Source of the DNA: an uncultured PS1 clade bacterium
Lineage (GTDB): Bacteria > Pseudomonadota > Alphaproteobacteria > MED-G09
NCBI GenBank assembly: GCA_902537725.1
Contig: CACBCD010000002.1
Location: 3,920 to 67,919 of the forward strand
DNA: 64,000 bases
Direction of reading: 5' to 3'
Part shown: positions 1 through 11,632 of the stretch, piece by piece
Layout of the letters: each line of letters starts with the position of its first letter
How positions within the stretch are numbered: the stretch's first letter is position 1
Made by a program: the position numbers and the translations under genes
The notes under the pieces: generated by a model
Told to the model about the DNA's origin: nothing
Seen by the model: the letters and a program-made list of their open reading frames with translations, nothing else
The model's database searches: none

Positions 1-1
1 T

Positions 2-1108
2 TTATCTGCTGGTATAATTACAGGTGAATATCTAAGGAGTTTTTTATTTACAGGTTTTCCATGGAATTTATTTGGTCATAGCATAGGTTTTAATGACTAT
101 TCCATGCAGATAGGATCTATTTTTGGATTTCATCTATCTGGCTTTTTTATTATACTATTTGCCCTTTCGCCTATTCTGTTTTTAAAAAGAGACAATATTT
201 TATTGGGTACTACCTTTTTTGCAATTTTGCCGATTTTTATATTTTATGGGTATTTAAGATTAACTTCTGAAATAAATTTTTTAGATAAAGATTTTTTAAT
301 TATCCAGTCTAGAATTTCACAAGACAAGAAGTTGGACTCAAATGAGATTATAAATATTACCGAAAAATTTATTGAATTATCAAAAACCGATAAAAATGTG
401 GATTTAATTATTTGGCCTGAAAATGCAATACCTATTTTTTTGTCTGAGAATGAGGAAATTCGTTCAATTATAATGCAGAGAATTAGTGGTTCCGAAAGCC
501 TCTTAGTTGGAGATTTAGTAGTTAAGAGTTTTAATGATGTTTATAATTCCGCAATTTTAATTAACAAAAGTGGAAAAATATCATCTTCTTATGACAAAGT
601 GCATTTAGTTCCTTTTGGAGAATATTTGCCATTTAATAAATTTTTAAAAAATTTCAAATTTTTAAAAATTCTCACAAGCGATAAAGGACTATCTAAGGGT
701 ATATCTTATGATCCAATTGATACACCGTTGGGTTTAACAAGAGTGTTAATTTGCTATGAGGTCATATTTCCAGATGAAATACTTCGATCAGAGTCTCGAC
801 CAGATTTAATAATAAATATATCAAACGATGCTTGGTTTAATGATTACTCAGGCCCATATCAACACTTTTCAAATGCCAAATTTCGTTCAGTAGAGAGTGG
901 ATTACCTGTTATTAGATCCTCAAATAAAGGTATATCAGCTATTATTGGTCCTTACGGCAGAGAAATTAAAAAACTTTCTTTAAATGAGGAGGGGTCTATA
1001 TATTCTCGTCTCCCTCAAAAAATTCCAGAAACGATTTATGTACGATATAAAAATTTCATAGTATTGGCTTTACTTTTTCTATACTTTTTGTGCTATAGAA
1101 AAATATGA
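2..1108 (+). CDS. lnt: Apolipoprotein N-acyltransferase, C-terminal ~370 aa; 5' end lies outside the window
   Basis: Frame 2 is open from the window edge into listed ORF 104..1108. GFPWNLFGHS motif at 53-82. CN-hydrolase domain with catalytic Cys context VLICYEVIFPDE. Confidence 0.85.
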   Translation, partial: LSAGIITGEYLRSFLFTGFPWNLFGHSIGFNDYSMQIGSIFGFHLSGFFIILFALSPILFLKRDNILLGTTFFAILPIFIFYGYLRLTSEINFLDKDFLIIQSRISQDKKLDSNEIINITEKFIELSKTDKNVDLIIWPENAIPIFLSENEEIRSIIMQRISGSESLLVGDLVVKSFNDVYNSAILINKSGKISSSYDKVHLVPFGEYLPFNKFLKNFKFLKILTSDKGLSKGISYDPIDTPLGLTRVLICYEVIFPDEILRSESRPDLIINISNDAWFNDYSGPYQHFSNAKFRSVESGLPVIRSSNKGISAIIGPYGREIKKLSLNEEGSIYSRLPQKIPETIYVRYKNFIVLALLFLYFLCYRKI

Positions 1109-1120
1109 AGAGGAATATCT

Positions 1121-2299
1121 ATGGCCAAGAATTCGAATTATTTATTTACCTCAGAATCTGTTTCCGAGGGACATCCTGATAAGGTATGTGATCAAATTTC
1201 TGATAGTATTCTGGATTTATACCTCTCAAGAGACCCAGTATCTAGGGTAGCAGTTGAGACACTGGTCACTACCGATTTAGTTGTTGTATCAGGTGAAGTA
1301 AGATCAACTTCAGAAATTTCTAAAGAATTAATAGAAAAGACAGTAAGGTCAACAGTTAGAGAGATTGGTTACGAACAAGAAGGTTTTCATTGGGAAACAA
1401 TGGAGGTTAAAATTCTTTTGCATGAGCAGTCATCAGATATTGCTATGGGCGTTGACTCTGATGGAAATTTAAAAGATGAAGGCGCTGGTGACCAAGGTAT
1501 TATGTTTGGTTATGCATGTAATGAAACATCAGAATTAATGCCTGCACCAATCTTTTACTCTCATAAAATATTAAAATTATTAGCAGATAAGAGGCATGCA
1601 GGTTTAATTGAGGGAATTCTTCCAGATTCAAAATCACAAGTAACAATGATTTATAAAAATAATAAACCAATAGAGGTAGATTCAATAGTTGTCTCCTCAC
1701 AACATACTAAAAATTGCTCACAAGGAGAGATTAAAGAAATTATTAAGGAAGTTATTAATGATTGTTTACCAGGCGAGCTATTAAGTGATCAAACATCGTA
1801 TATAATTAATCCAACTGGAAATTTTGTTATTGGTGGACCTGTTGGTGATACTGGTCTTACCGGTAGAAAGATAATTGTTGATACATATGGTGGTTCAGCT
1901 CCACATGGTGGAGGTGCATTTTCTGGAAAAGATCCAACTAAGGTTGATAGATCCGCAGCTTACATATCTAGATATTTAGCAAAAAATGTCGTTGCCGCTG
2001 GTCTTTCCGATAAATGTACCATTCAATTATCTTATGCAATTGGTTTATCAGAACCTTTATCGATTTATGCAAACCTTGGTGATACGGGAAGAATTTCCGA
2101 GGAAAATTTAGTTGAATTCCTCTCGGATTTAGTTGATTTAACGCCTAGAGGAATTCGAGAGAAATTAGGGTTAAATAAACCAATTTATAAAAAAACAGCT
2201 GCATATGGACATTTTGGGAGAGAACCAGACCAAGATGGGGGTTTTGGCTGGGAAAAATTAGACTTGGTAGATGCCCTTTCGAATGAATTTAAACAATAA
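1121..2299 (+). CDS. metK: S-adenosylmethionine synthetase
   Basis: [22 protein letters not shown] and [16 protein letters not shown] signatures. Full length, 392 aa. Confidence 0.97.
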   Translation: MAKNSNYLFTSESVSEGHPDKVCDQISDSILDLYLSRDPVSRVAVETLVTTDLVVVSGEVRSTSEISKELIEKTVRSTVREIGYEQEGFHWETMEVKILLHEQSSDIAMGVDSDGNLKDEGAGDQGIMFGYACNETSELMPAPIFYSHKILKLLADKRHAGLIEGILPDSKSQVTMIYKNNKPIEVDSIVVSSQHTKNCSQGEIKEIIKEVINDCLPGELLSDQTSYIINPTGNFVIGGPVGDTGLTGRKIIVDTYGGSAPHGGGAFSGKDPTKVDRSAAYISRYLAKNVVAAGLSDKCTIQLSYAIGLSEPLSIYANLGDTGRISEENLVEFLSDLVDLTPRGIREKLGLNKPIYKKTAAYGHFGREPDQDGGFGWEKLDLVDALSNEFKQ

Positions 2300-2951
2300 A
2301 TTAATTTCAGTAAAAGGTAGAGAGCGCCCTTTAAGCAAAAAGCAAAAGCAATCTTTTTTATTGTTATCAAGATATGCACTAAATCTTTCTTTGTTTAAAG
2401 ATAAGGAATTTTTTAAAAAAAATAAAATTTGTTTGGAAATTGGCTTTGGCTCAGGTGAGATAATTTTTAAAGAAGCAAAAAAAAATCCAAAAAATATTTA
2501 TATAGGTATTGAATATTACAGGAGAGGTGTTGCACAGCTCTTAAAAAAAATTGATGACCATGATTTAAAAAATATTCAAATTTTTCATGGTGATGCACAT
2601 GTATTCCTCAAAGAGATATCAAAATTTTTTTTTGATGAAATTTGGATTTTCTTTCCTGACCCTTGGCCTAAAAAACGTCATGAAAAAAGAAGATTTATTC
2701 AAATTGCTTCGATAAATAGGCTTTATGAAATTCTAAAACCAGATGGTAAATTATATATATCTTCTGATGATAAAAATTACATATCATGGATATTAAGTTT
2801 AATATTTCAGAGTGATAAATTCGAGTGGCTTGCTGAGTCCCCTTTTGATTGGAAAAATCCGTATCGTGAGTATTATGGTTCTCGCTATGAGGAAAAAGGT
2901 ATGAAGAAAAATAGACCTCCATATTTTTTAAAATTTAAAAAAACCGATTAA
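2271..2951 (+). CDS. trmB: tRNA (guanine46-N7)-methyltransferase
   Basis: SAM-binding LEIGFGSGE and [15 protein letters not shown] motif. Start is ambiguous (2271 or ATG 2283). Overlaps the metK 3' end. Confidence 0.88.
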   Translation: MPFRMNLNNKLISVKGRERPLSKKQKQSFLLLSRYALNLSLFKDKEFFKKNKICLEIGFGSGEIIFKEAKKNPKNIYIGIEYYRRGVAQLLKKIDDHDLKNIQIFHGDAHVFLKEISKFFFDEIWIFFPDPWPKKRHEKRRFIQIASINRLYEILKPDGKLYISSDDKNYISWILSLIFQSDKFEWLAESPFDWKNPYREYYGSRYEEKGMKKNRPPYFLKFKKTD

Positions 2952-3032
2952 GTTAAAATTACTAAAATCTTGTATTTTTATTAAAGTTAGTATAATAGTT
3001 CATTATATTTCGAATTTGTTGCTAAAAATACG

Positions 3033-3065
3033 AAGTGGGTTGGTTAAGTCTTTCCCGCTTTTTTT
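3033..3065 (+). terminator. Intrinsic terminator-like hairpin plus T7 run (trmB terminator or rimP-nusA-infB leader attenuator)
   Basis: Stem AAGTGGG (3033-3039) pairs with CCCGCTT (3054-3060) including one G-U, with a 14-nt loop, followed by TTTTTTT. It lies 17 nt before the rimP ATG, and a perfect TATAAT is at 2991-2996. Confidence 0.45.
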
Positions 3066-3081
3066 ATTGTGTAAATAAAAG

Positions 3082-3603
3082 ATGATAGTGAAAGAGAAAA
3101 TAAATTATATAGAACATCTCGTTGCCCCTGATAAGGCTGCTGATTTTTTTTCTTTTTTTAAAAATATTGTTGATAGGACAAAGTATCAACTTATTAGGTT
3201 AAAAATTAGTGGAAAAGAGGAGTTAAATATTCAGATAATGGCTGAGGACAAAAATAGGTCTATGGTTATAGAAGATTGCAAAATCTTAAGTAACATCATT
3301 GTCGATGAAATAGAGCTGGCTGAAGATTTTAATCATGAATATGTTTTAGAGGTATCTTCTCCAGGTATAGATCGTCCACTTACCTGTGAAGAGGATTTTA
3401 ATTTTTGGATTGATAATAAGGTTTTTATTAAACTAAAAAAACCAATCGAAAAATCAAAAAAAATTACAGGTATTTTAAAAGGGATTTTTAACAAAAGTAT
3501 TAAATTAGGAAATGTTGATAGTAAGAGCGATTTGGAAATTGAGATAAGTAATATTAAAGATATTAATATTATTTGGTCCCCTGAATCTGTTAATCAAAAT
3601 TAA
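3082..3603 (+). CDS. rimP: Ribosome maturation factor RimP
   Basis: VSSPGIDRPL motif, size, and position directly upstream of nusA-infB. Confidence 0.85.
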   Translation: MIVKEKINYIEHLVAPDKAADFFSFFKNIVDRTKYQLIRLKISGKEELNIQIMAEDKNRSMVIEDCKILSNIIVDEIELAEDFNHEYVLEVSSPGIDRPLTCEEDFNFWIDNKVFIKLKKPIEKSKKITGILKGIFNKSIKLGNVDSKSDLEIEISNIKDINIIWSPESVNQN

Positions 3604-3630
3604 TATAAATTTTTTAAGAGGTAAGTTGAT

Positions 3631-5256
3631 ATGTCTACAAAAGGAATAAGTGCAAATAGATTAGAGTTATTACAAATAGCAGATGCTGTTGCTCGTGAAA
3701 AATCTATTGATAAAAACATTGTTATTTCAGCTATGGAGGAAGCAATCCAAAAAGCTGCTGCCTCTCGTTATGGTATTGAAAATAATATTAAGGCTGAAAT
3801 TAATCCAGAAACTGGATCTATTGCTCTTATGAGGTTGCTTGATGTAGTGGAAAAGGTTGACGACTTCTCAACTCAAATAAATCTTGAGGACGCTAAGTTA
3901 CAAAATCCAAATGCTGAAATAGGTGGTGAACCAATTGAGGAAGAGCTGCCCCCTATTGATTTTGGAAGAGTTGCTGCTCAAAGTGCAAAGCAAGTCATTT
4001 TTCAAAAAGTTAGAGAGGCTGAGAGAGAAAGACATTATGAAGAATTTAAAGATAGGGTTGGTGAAATTATAAATGGTGTTATCAAGCGTGTTGAATATGG
4101 AACTGTTGTTGTTGACCTTGGCAGGGCTGAAGCAGTAATTAGAAAAGACGCATTGTTACCTAGAGAAATATACAAGCCTGGTGATAGAGTAAGAGCATAT
4201 ATAATGGAAGTAAGAAGGGAGGTGCGTGGACCTCAAATTTTCCTATCAAGGACTCATCCTGACTTTATGGCAAATCTTTTTGCTCAAGAGGTACCAGAAA
4301 TCTATGATGGGATTATTGACATTATCGGTGTCGCAAGAGATCCAGGGAGTAGAGCAAAAATAGCTGTTTTATCCAAAGACTCCTCAATTGATCCTGTTGG
4401 TGCATGTGTTGGTATGAGAGGAAGTCGAGTACAGGCAGTTGTAAACGAGTTACAAGGTGAGAAAATTGATATTCTAACTTGGACAGATGATATAGCATCT
4501 TTTGTTGTTAAGGCTTTACAGCCTGCAGAAGTCCAAAAAGTTGTTTTATATGATGAAGAGCAAAGGTTAGAAGTTGTTGTTCCCGAGGATCAATTATCTC
4601 TTGCTATTGGAAGAAGAGGTCAGAATGTCAGGCTTGCCTCTAGTTTATGTGGATGGGATATAGATATTTTAACTGAGGATCAAGAATCAGAAAGGCGTCA
4701 AAAAGAATTTCAGGAAAGAACACAATTCTTTATGGAGGCTCTTGATGTTGACGAATTATTAGCACAATTACTAGTAACTGAAGGTTTTTCTGATATCACA
4801 GAATTGGCTTATGTTGATGAAAAAGAAATTTCGAGTATAGCGGGGTTTGATGAAGATACTGCTCAGGAAATTCAAGCTAGAGCATCTGATTTTATCAATA
4901 AAGAAAATGAAGAGCTTGAGCAAAAATGCAAGGAATTGGGGATAAAAGATGACTTGCTTGAAATTGAAGAATTGTCTCTAAAAATGATTGTTGCCTTGGG
5001 AGAAAACGATGTAAAATCTTTAGAGGATTTTGCTTATTGCTCTTCTGATGATTTACTTGGCTGGGATGAAACGGTTGGAGAAGAAAAAATTCATGAAAAT
5101 GGTATTTTGGAAGACTTTGATATAACTTACTCTCAGGCAAATGATTTAATCATGTCTTCTAGGATGAAATTAGGAATAATTCCTGACGATTCTGAAGTTG
5201 AGGAAATAGACAATAAGCATGAAGTTGAAGAGGATTCTGCTGAAAAATCAGAATAA
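3631..5256 (+). CDS. nusA: Transcription termination/antitermination factor NusA
   Basis: N-terminal domain, S1 (GDRVRAYI) and two KH domains (VGACVGMRGSRVQAV, LAIGRRGQNVRLAS), acidic C-terminal repeats. Confidence 0.97.
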   Translation: MSTKGISANRLELLQIADAVAREKSIDKNIVISAMEEAIQKAAASRYGIENNIKAEINPETGSIALMRLLDVVEKVDDFSTQINLEDAKLQNPNAEIGGEPIEEELPPIDFGRVAAQSAKQVIFQKVREAERERHYEEFKDRVGEIINGVIKRVEYGTVVVDLGRAEAVIRKDALLPREIYKPGDRVRAYIMEVRREVRGPQIFLSRTHPDFMANLFAQEVPEIYDGIIDIIGVARDPGSRAKIAVLSKDSSIDPVGACVGMRGSRVQAVVNELQGEKIDILTWTDDIASFVVKALQPAEVQKVVLYDEEQRLEVVVPEDQLSLAIGRRGQNVRLASSLCGWDIDILTEDQESERRQKEFQERTQFFMEALDVDELLAQLLVTEGFSDITELAYVDEKEISSIAGFDEDTAQEIQARASDFINKENEELEQKCKELGIKDDLLEIEELSLKMIVALGENDVKSLEDFAYCSSDDLLGWDETVGEEKIHENGILEDFDITYSQANDLIMSSRMKLGIIPDDSEVEEIDNKHEVEEDSAEKSE

Positions 5257-5297
5257 CTTTATTTTAGATAAATTAATGTTTTAGGTTTAATTATAAA

Positions 5298-7721
5298 ATG
5301 TCAGAAAAAACTACAAAAGATAAAAAAGAGAGAACATTATCTCTAAAGCCCGGTCTGGTCTCTTCGACTAAAGCTAAAGGCTCTCGTTCATCTAGGGCGT
5401 CTACAGTTGTTGTGGAATCAAGAAGGGGAAGGTTATCACAAACAAGAAAGCCCGTGGCCCCATCTGTAAGAGTCAGGAAAGCCCCTGTAGCTCCAAATGT
5501 ATTTAAGCCAAAAAAAGAAAATGAGAGCTTAGACAAAAGCTCAAGAAATCTTACTGATAGTGAGAGAGTGGCTCGAGAAAAAGCTCTTGAAAATGCAAAA
5601 ATTAAAGATGAAACAGAAAAGCTTTCTAAGAGAGAAAAAGTTGTAAAAAAAGAAAAAACTATACAAAGTTCTCCAGATACTGTTGATCCAGCAAATATTC
5701 CTGCAAAAAAAGATCCTGAACTGGTAAAAGAAAACGCAAAAAATATTAAATCTGAATCCACAGCGTCTAAAAAGAAGGATCTAAAGAAAACTGAAAAAGA
5801 GAAAACTGATAGGTTTAATAAAGGTGAGAAAAAAAGAAGATCTGGAAAATTATCTATTTCCCAAGCTTTAAATGAGGAGGAAAGGCAAAGATCTCTTGCA
5901 TCTATTAAGAGAAGACAAGAAAAAGCAAGAAAGAAACCTATTACTGATGATGCTCCAAAGGAAAAAATTTCCAGGAATGTAATCATCCCTGAGACAATTA
6001 CAGTTCAGGAGCTTTCAAATAGGATGGCTGAGAGAGGCGTTGATGTAATAAAGTCTTTAATGACTCAAGGTGTAATGGTCAAAATTAATGATATACTAGA
6101 TTCAGACACTGCCCAGTTGATAGCTGAAGAATTTGGACACACTGTAACTAGAGTTTCGGAGGCAGATATTGAAGAAGGTCTATCATCAGTAGATGATAAA
6201 GATGAGGATAAAAAACCAAGAAGCCCAGTTGTTACAGTTATGGGTCATGTTGATCACGGTAAGACGACACTTTTGGATGCAATCAGAGAGTCAAATAATG
6301 TATCAGGTGAAGCTGGTGGTATTACCCAACATATAGGCGCTTATCAAACAAGAGTTAAGGACAATAAGAAGATTACATTTATTGATACCCCAGGACATGC
6401 TGCATTTACTTCTATGAGAGCAAGAGGTGCAAAGGTAACAGATATTGTTGTTTTGGTTGTAGCTGCTGATGATGGCGTAATGCCTCAAACTATAGAAGCT
6501 ATTAATCATGCCAGAGAAGCTGAAGCACCAATTATAGTTGCTATAAATAAAATTGATAAACCTGATGCAGATCCTAGTTCTACAAGAAATTCTTTACTTC
6601 AGAATGAAATAGTTGTTGAAGAAATGGGCGGTGATATTCAGTCGGTAGAGTTATCAGCTTTAACTAAAAAAGGAATTGATGATTTAATCGAAGCGATTTT
6701 ACTTCAAGCTGATCTTCTAGAATTAAAAGCTAATCCTGATAGACCTGCAGAAGGTTTTGTTATCGAAGCTAAACTTGATAAAAACCGAGGTCCGGCAGTA
6801 ACAACTATAATTCAAAGAGGAACCCTAAGAATTGGTGATATTTTAGTTATTGGTCAGTATTCTGGAAAAGTTCGTTCGTTAATAAACGATCAGGGAAAAG
6901 TGGTAAAAGAATGTTATCCTGGTGATCCAATAGAAATACTTGGTATGAGCCAAACCCCTGAGGCAGGTGATATTTTAACAGTAGTTGAGAGTGACTCAAG
7001 AGCTAGGGAAGTTTCTGAATATAGGCAAAGAAAATCCAAAGCTCCAACAGCTAATTTAACTAAGGCTAATTTAGACCAGTTATTTTCAAAATCTAACCAA
7101 ACTCAAAAGAAAGAAATCTTGATTGTTGTTAAGGCTGATGTTCAGGGATCATCAGAAGCTATTAAGGAAGCACTTTTAAGTTTAGGAAATGAGGAAGTTT
7201 CTTGTAGGGTTATTCATGTTGGTGCTGGAGCAATTTCTGAGAGTGACATAACACTAGCTGAAGCATCAAAAGCGCTTATTTTAGGTTTTAATGTTAGAGC
7301 GAATAATCAAGCTAAAGAAGCCGCTGAAAAATTTGGCATTACTATACTTTACCACTCAATAATTTACGACTTAATTGATGACGTTAAATCTTTATTAGAA
7401 GGTAAATTAGATCCTGAACTTCGCTCTACAGTAACTGGTACGGCCGAAGTTTTAGAAGTCTTTAAAAACTCAAAAATAGGTAATATTGCTGGGTGTAATG
7501 TTTTAGATGGTAAAATGATAAAAGGATTACATGCAAAATTACTTAGAGACGATGTGGTAATTTATGATGGCCTTTTATCAACTCTTCGAAGATTTAAAGA
7601 TGATGCGAAAGAAGTTAATGCTGGACAAGAATGTGGTCTCTCTTTTGATAATAATCAAGATATCAGACCCGGCGATAAGATTGAGTGCTACAAGGTTGAT
7701 GAAATAAAAAGGACTATTTAG
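5298..7721 (+). CDS. infB: Translation initiation factor IF-2
   Basis: G-domain motifs [21 protein letters not shown]. Long K/E/S-rich N-terminal region. Confidence 0.97.
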   Translation: MSEKTTKDKKERTLSLKPGLVSSTKAKGSRSSRASTVVVESRRGRLSQTRKPVAPSVRVRKAPVAPNVFKPKKENESLDKSSRNLTDSERVAREKALENAKIKDETEKLSKREKVVKKEKTIQSSPDTVDPANIPAKKDPELVKENAKNIKSESTASKKKDLKKTEKEKTDRFNKGEKKRRSGKLSISQALNEEERQRSLASIKRRQEKARKKPITDDAPKEKISRNVIIPETITVQELSNRMAERGVDVIKSLMTQGVMVKINDILDSDTAQLIAEEFGHTVTRVSEADIEEGLSSVDDKDEDKKPRSPVVTVMGHVDHGKTTLLDAIRESNNVSGEAGGITQHIGAYQTRVKDNKKITFIDTPGHAAFTSMRARGAKVTDIVVLVVAADDGVMPQTIEAINHAREAEAPIIVAINKIDKPDADPSSTRNSLLQNEIVVEEMGGDIQSVELSALTKKGIDDLIEAILLQADLLELKANPDRPAEGFVIEAKLDKNRGPAVTTIIQRGTLRIGDILVIGQYSGKVRSLINDQGKVVKECYPGDPIEILGMSQTPEAGDILTVVESDSRAREVSEYRQRKSKAPTANLTKANLDQLFSKSNQTQKKEILIVVKADVQGSSEAIKEALLSLGNEEVSCRVIHVGAGAISESDITLAEASKALILGFNVRANNQAKEAAEKFGITILYHSIIYDLIDDVKSLLEGKLDPELRSTVTGTAEVLEVFKNSKIGNIAGCNVLDGKMIKGLHAKLLRDDVVIYDGLLSTLRRFKDDAKEVNAGQECGLSFDNNQDIRPGDKIECYKVDEIKRTI

Positions 7722-7736
7722 CAATAGGCATTGTAA

Positions 7737-8135
7737 ATGAAAAATTATTCTTTTGAATTAGGGCGAAGAAAATCTTCCCAAAGGCAAATGAAAGTTCAAG
7801 AGATTCTTAGAGCTGCTTTGGTCGAGATTTTGCAGAGAGGTTTAACAAAAGAGCCTCTGTTAGATAATGAGATGATCACTATTAATTATGTAGATGTCTC
7901 ACCAGATCTAAAGCATGTAAAATTTTTTTTTCTACCTTTCAATGAGAAAAAAAAGGAAGATTTTTTAGAGGCATTTAAGAGAGCAAATAAAGTAATAAGA
8001 AGGGAAATAGGACAGCGTGTCCATTTAAAATATGTCCCTACAATTAATTTCGTATTTGACAACAGTATTACTGAAGTAAGAAAGTTGGATAAAATTTTTG
8101 CATCAAAGAAAGTTAAAAAAGATATCGAGAGATAA
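7737..8135 (+). CDS. rbfA: Ribosome-binding factor A
   Basis: Size and sequence pattern (QRQMKVQEILRAALVEIL..., VPTINFVFD), and position between infB and truB. Confidence 0.9.
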   Translation: MKNYSFELGRRKSSQRQMKVQEILRAALVEILQRGLTKEPLLDNEMITINYVDVSPDLKHVKFFFLPFNEKKKEDFLEAFKRANKVIRREIGQRVHLKYVPTINFVFDNSITEVRKLDKIFASKKVKKDIER

Positions 8136-8138
8136 CAT

Positions 8139-9068
8139 TTGCCAAAGAACAAAAACTCCAACATTGATGGCTGGTTTATACTTGATAAGCCTATAAATAT
8201 TTCATCCGCCAAAGCTGTCAACGCAGTGAAAAAATATTTTAATATAAAAAAAGCTGGCCATGCTGGGACTTTAGATCCTCTTGCTTCAGGTGTTCTACCG
8301 ATAGCAATCAATTCTGCAACTAAAACAATTCCTTATTTAGTAAATACATTAAAAACATATAGATTCATTATTAAGTGGGGAGAGCAAACCGATACCGATG
8401 ACTCAGAAGGAGAAATTATTAAAAAAAGTGACCATAGGCCAATTGAAAAAAATATAAAAAAAATTTTAAAATTTTTTATAGGTAAAATAGAACAAACACC
8501 ACCTCGTTTCTCAGCCTTAAAAATAAATGGAGAAAGAGCCTATAAGTTGGCTAGAAATAAAGAAGAATTTGCAATCAAATCAAGGACTGTAAATGTTCAA
8601 GATCTAAAGTTATTAAAGTGTATTAATAGTGAACTGGCAGAGTTTGAAGTAACTTGTGAAAAGGGTTTTTATATTAGGTCTTTAGCAAGAGATATTTCAT
8701 TGAAGTTAGATACTGTTGGTCATGTTTATAACTTAAAAAGGACTAAAGTTGGCCAATTTCATATTAAAAATGCTTTTCCTCTAGAAACCTTGGAGAAATT
8801 AGTGCATAGTGCGGCCGCAGGAAGGATGGCTGAAGTTTTTCTTCTTCCCTTAGATTGTGTGCTGGACGACATCCCGGCTCTAATTATCTCTGATGAGGAA
8901 GCTAAAATGTTTTGTCATGGTCAAATGATAAAAAAAGAATTATCAAATGATTTAATTCCTAATGGTAGCGATGTCTTGGTAAAGACTAGAGGAGAGACTC
9001 TAGGCATCGCAATTTTTTTTGAGAAGAATTTAAGACCAAAAAAAGTCTTTTCAAATACAATGAATTAA
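8139..9068 (+). CDS. truB: tRNA pseudouridine55 synthase
   Basis: [15 protein letters not shown] catalytic-Asp motif. TTG start 3 nt after the rbfA stop. Confidence 0.93.
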   Translation: MPKNKNSNIDGWFILDKPINISSAKAVNAVKKYFNIKKAGHAGTLDPLASGVLPIAINSATKTIPYLVNTLKTYRFIIKWGEQTDTDDSEGEIIKKSDHRPIEKNIKKILKFFIGKIEQTPPRFSALKINGERAYKLARNKEEFAIKSRTVNVQDLKLLKCINSELAEFEVTCEKGFYIRSLARDISLKLDTVGHVYNLKRTKVGQFHIKNAFPLETLEKLVHSAAAGRMAEVFLLPLDCVLDDIPALIISDEEAKMFCHGQMIKKELSNDLIPNGSDVLVKTRGETLGIAIFFEKNLRPKKVFSNTMN

Positions 9069-9076
9069 AGGAGAAA

Positions 9077-9349
9077 ATGATGTCGATTGAATCTAAACGT
9101 AAGAAAGAAGTAATTTCGGAATATGCATTAAAAGATGGGGATACTGGCTCTCCAGAAATTCAAATAGCGATTTTGACAGAGAGAATTTCAAATCTCACTG
9201 AACATTTTAAAACTCATAAAAAAGATAATCACTCAAGACAGGGGCTCTTAAAGATGGTTAATTTAAGAAGAAAGCTATTAGATTATGTAAAATCTAAAGA
9301 TCAGAAACGTTATGAGGATATCATTAAAAAACTCGGTATAAGAAGATAA
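9077..9349 (+). CDS. rpsO: 30S ribosomal protein S15
   Basis: S15 pattern ([50 protein letters not shown]). AGGAG lies upstream, so the second ATG at 9080 is an equally plausible start. Confidence 0.95.
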   Translation: MMSIESKRKKEVISEYALKDGDTGSPEIQIAILTERISNLTEHFKTHKKDNHSRQGLLKMVNLRRKLLDYVKSKDQKRYEDIIKKLGIRR

Positions 9350-9429
9350 AAGTCGTAGTTAATTAAATTTTGTTAACAAAATTCCTTTATAAAAAATACA
9401 TAAATTATTTAAAATAGGTAAAACGTAGA

Positions 9430-11622
9430 ATGTTTAAAATAGAAAATGAAGTGTTAGAATGGGGTGGAAAAACTTTAACCCTAGAAACAGGAAGAGTAGC
9501 TAGACAAGCCCATGGTTCTGTTATAGCAACCTATGGTGGAACATCTGTATTAGCCACTGTTGTAGCTGATTATGAACCGAAACCTGGATTAGATTTTTTT
9601 CCTTTGACTGTAAATTATCAAGAAAAGGCATATGCAGCCGGAAAAATACCCGGTGGCTTTTTTAAAAGAGAGGGAAGGCCATCAGAAAAAGAAACATTGG
9701 TCTCAAGACTGATAGATAGACCAATCAGACCGTTATTTGCAAAAGATTTTAATAATGAAACTCAAGTACTTGCAACAGTTATCAGTTATGATGGAGAGAA
9801 TGATCCTGATATTGTTTCTATGATTGCTGTCTCAGCTGCACTAACTCTTTCTGGTGTTCCTTTTATGGGGCCAATTGCTGCTGCAAGGGTCGGTTTCATA
9901 AATGAAGAATATATTCTTAACCCAACAAAAGAACAGTTAAATGAGGAATGTAAATTAGACTTGGTTGTTGCCGGTACAGATTCAGCTGTTTTAATGGTTG
10001 AGTCTGAGGCGATGGAATTGTCAGAAGAAATAATGCTTGGAGCAGTTAGTTTTGGACAAGATTCCTTTAAACCAGTTACAAAAGCAATTATTAAACTTGC
10101 TGAAAAAGCTGCAAAAGAACCTAGAGAGCTTGAAGAAATAGATTTATCAGATCTTCAGGAAAATGTAAGTAAGATAGTTAGAGATGAATTAATCTCTGCT
10201 TACAAAGAGAGTGACAAGCAGACAAGGTCTAATAGAATTGCTGAAATAAAATCGGACTTAATTAGTGATTTAGTTAATGAAGATAATCCCGACATAATTG
10301 AGTCTGAGGTAAATAGTGTTTTTAAAAATATTGAAAAAGATATTGTTAGGGGAAGTATATTAGATACTGGATTGAGAATTGATGGTAGAGATCTTGAAAC
10401 AGTTCGACCAGTTCACTCTGATGTAAGCATTCTTCCTTTAACTCACGGCTCTTCTCTTTTTACAAGAGGTGAAACACAAGCTCTAGTTGTTACAACTCTC
10501 GGAACCGGACTTGATGAGAAGTATGTTGATGGCCTGGATGAAACATATAAAGAAAAATTTATGCTTCATTATAATTTTCCTCCTTACTCAGTAGGTGAAA
10601 CTGGAAGAACTGGTTTTACATCAAGAAGAGAAATTGGACACGGTAAGCTTGCGTGGCGATCTCTTCAGGCAGTCTTACCCGAGTATGATGACTTTCCCTA
10701 TACAATAAGATTAGTTTCTGAGATTACAGAATCTAACGGATCATCCTCTATGGCTACAGTTTGTGGATCTTCTTTATCATTAATGGATGCAGGAGTTCCC
10801 TTAAAAAGGCCTGTTGCAGGAATTGCAATGGGGTTAATTAAAGATGGTGACAGGGTTGCAGTTCTATCAGATATTCTAGGAGATGAAGATCACTTAGGCG
10901 ATATGGATTTTAAAGTCGCCGGTACTTCTGAGGGGATTACATCTCTTCAAATGGATATAAAAATTACAGGAATAACTAAAGATATTATGGACACCGCCCT
11001 TACTCAAGCAAAGGCAGGAAGAATTCATATTTTAGCAGAAATGGCGAAGGCCATAGAAACTCCTAGAGAAACTGTTAATTCGACTGCGCCTAGGATAGAA
11101 ACAATACAGGTACCTGTTGATAAAATCAGAGATGTTATAGGTTCTGGCGGCAAGGTTATAAGAGAAATTGTCGAAGAAAGTGGTGCAAAAGTAGATATTA
11201 ATGATGACGGTATTGTTAAAATAGCTTCAAGCGACACTGAATCTCTAAATAAAGCTTTAGAGTTAATTAACTCTATAGTTGCTGAGCCTGAGGCGGGTGA
11301 AATTTATGAAGGAAAAGTAGTAAAAATTATGGATTTTGGTGCCTTTGTAAACTTCTTTGGGAAAAGAGATGGTTTAGTTCATATATCTCAGTTAGCTAAT
11401 GAAAGGGTAAAAAGCGTTACTGATATAGTTAGCGAGGGTGATATTGTTAAAGTTAAATTACTTGGTTTTGATAATAGAGGTAAAGTCAAACTTTCAATGA
11501 AAGAAGTTGATCAAAAAACTGGAAAAGAAATTATTTCGGGTTCTGAAAAAATTTCAGAAGAGCCTCCAAAAGAGAAAAAGCCAAAGAAAACAAAGAAAGC
11601 AAAAGAAGAGGATTCTGACTAA
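9430..11622 (+). CDS. pnp: Polyribonucleotide nucleotidyltransferase (PNPase)
   Basis: Two RNase PH domains, then KH ([12 protein letters not shown]) and S1 ([13 protein letters not shown]) domains. Lys-rich C-terminal tail. Confidence 0.97.
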   Translation: MFKIENEVLEWGGKTLTLETGRVARQAHGSVIATYGGTSVLATVVADYEPKPGLDFFPLTVNYQEKAYAAGKIPGGFFKREGRPSEKETLVSRLIDRPIRPLFAKDFNNETQVLATVISYDGENDPDIVSMIAVSAALTLSGVPFMGPIAAARVGFINEEYILNPTKEQLNEECKLDLVVAGTDSAVLMVESEAMELSEEIMLGAVSFGQDSFKPVTKAIIKLAEKAAKEPRELEEIDLSDLQENVSKIVRDELISAYKESDKQTRSNRIAEIKSDLISDLVNEDNPDIIESEVNSVFKNIEKDIVRGSILDTGLRIDGRDLETVRPVHSDVSILPLTHGSSLFTRGETQALVVTTLGTGLDEKYVDGLDETYKEKFMLHYNFPPYSVGETGRTGFTSRREIGHGKLAWRSLQAVLPEYDDFPYTIRLVSEITESNGSSSMATVCGSSLSLMDAGVPLKRPVAGIAMGLIKDGDRVAVLSDILGDEDHLGDMDFKVAGTSEGITSLQMDIKITGITKDIMDTALTQAKAGRIHILAEMAKAIETPRETVNSTAPRIETIQVPVDKIRDVIGSGGKVIREIVEESGAKVDINDDGIVKIASSDTESLNKALELINSIVAEPEAGEIYEGKVVKIMDFGAFVNFFGKRDGLVHISQLANERVKSVTDIVSEGDIVKVKLLGFDNRGKVKLSMKEVDQKTGKEIISGSEKISEEPPKEKKPKKTKKAKEEDSD

Positions 11623-11632
11623 AAATATTTCA

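Noticed and set aside
5291-5986. 231-aa ORF on the minus strand.
   Set aside because: It lies entirely antisense to the K/E/S-rich low-complexity N-terminal region of infB. Its F/S/L-rich translation is the mirror of that bias, so it is not a gene.
7886-8311. 141-aa ORF on the minus strand spanning the rbfA-truB junction.
   Set aside because: It is antisense to two well-supported genes and has no recognisable motifs, a typical shadow ORF. The same applies to 21112..21459, 21949..22152, 60209..60559, 35512..35703, 36543..36740 and the other short nested ORFs in the track.
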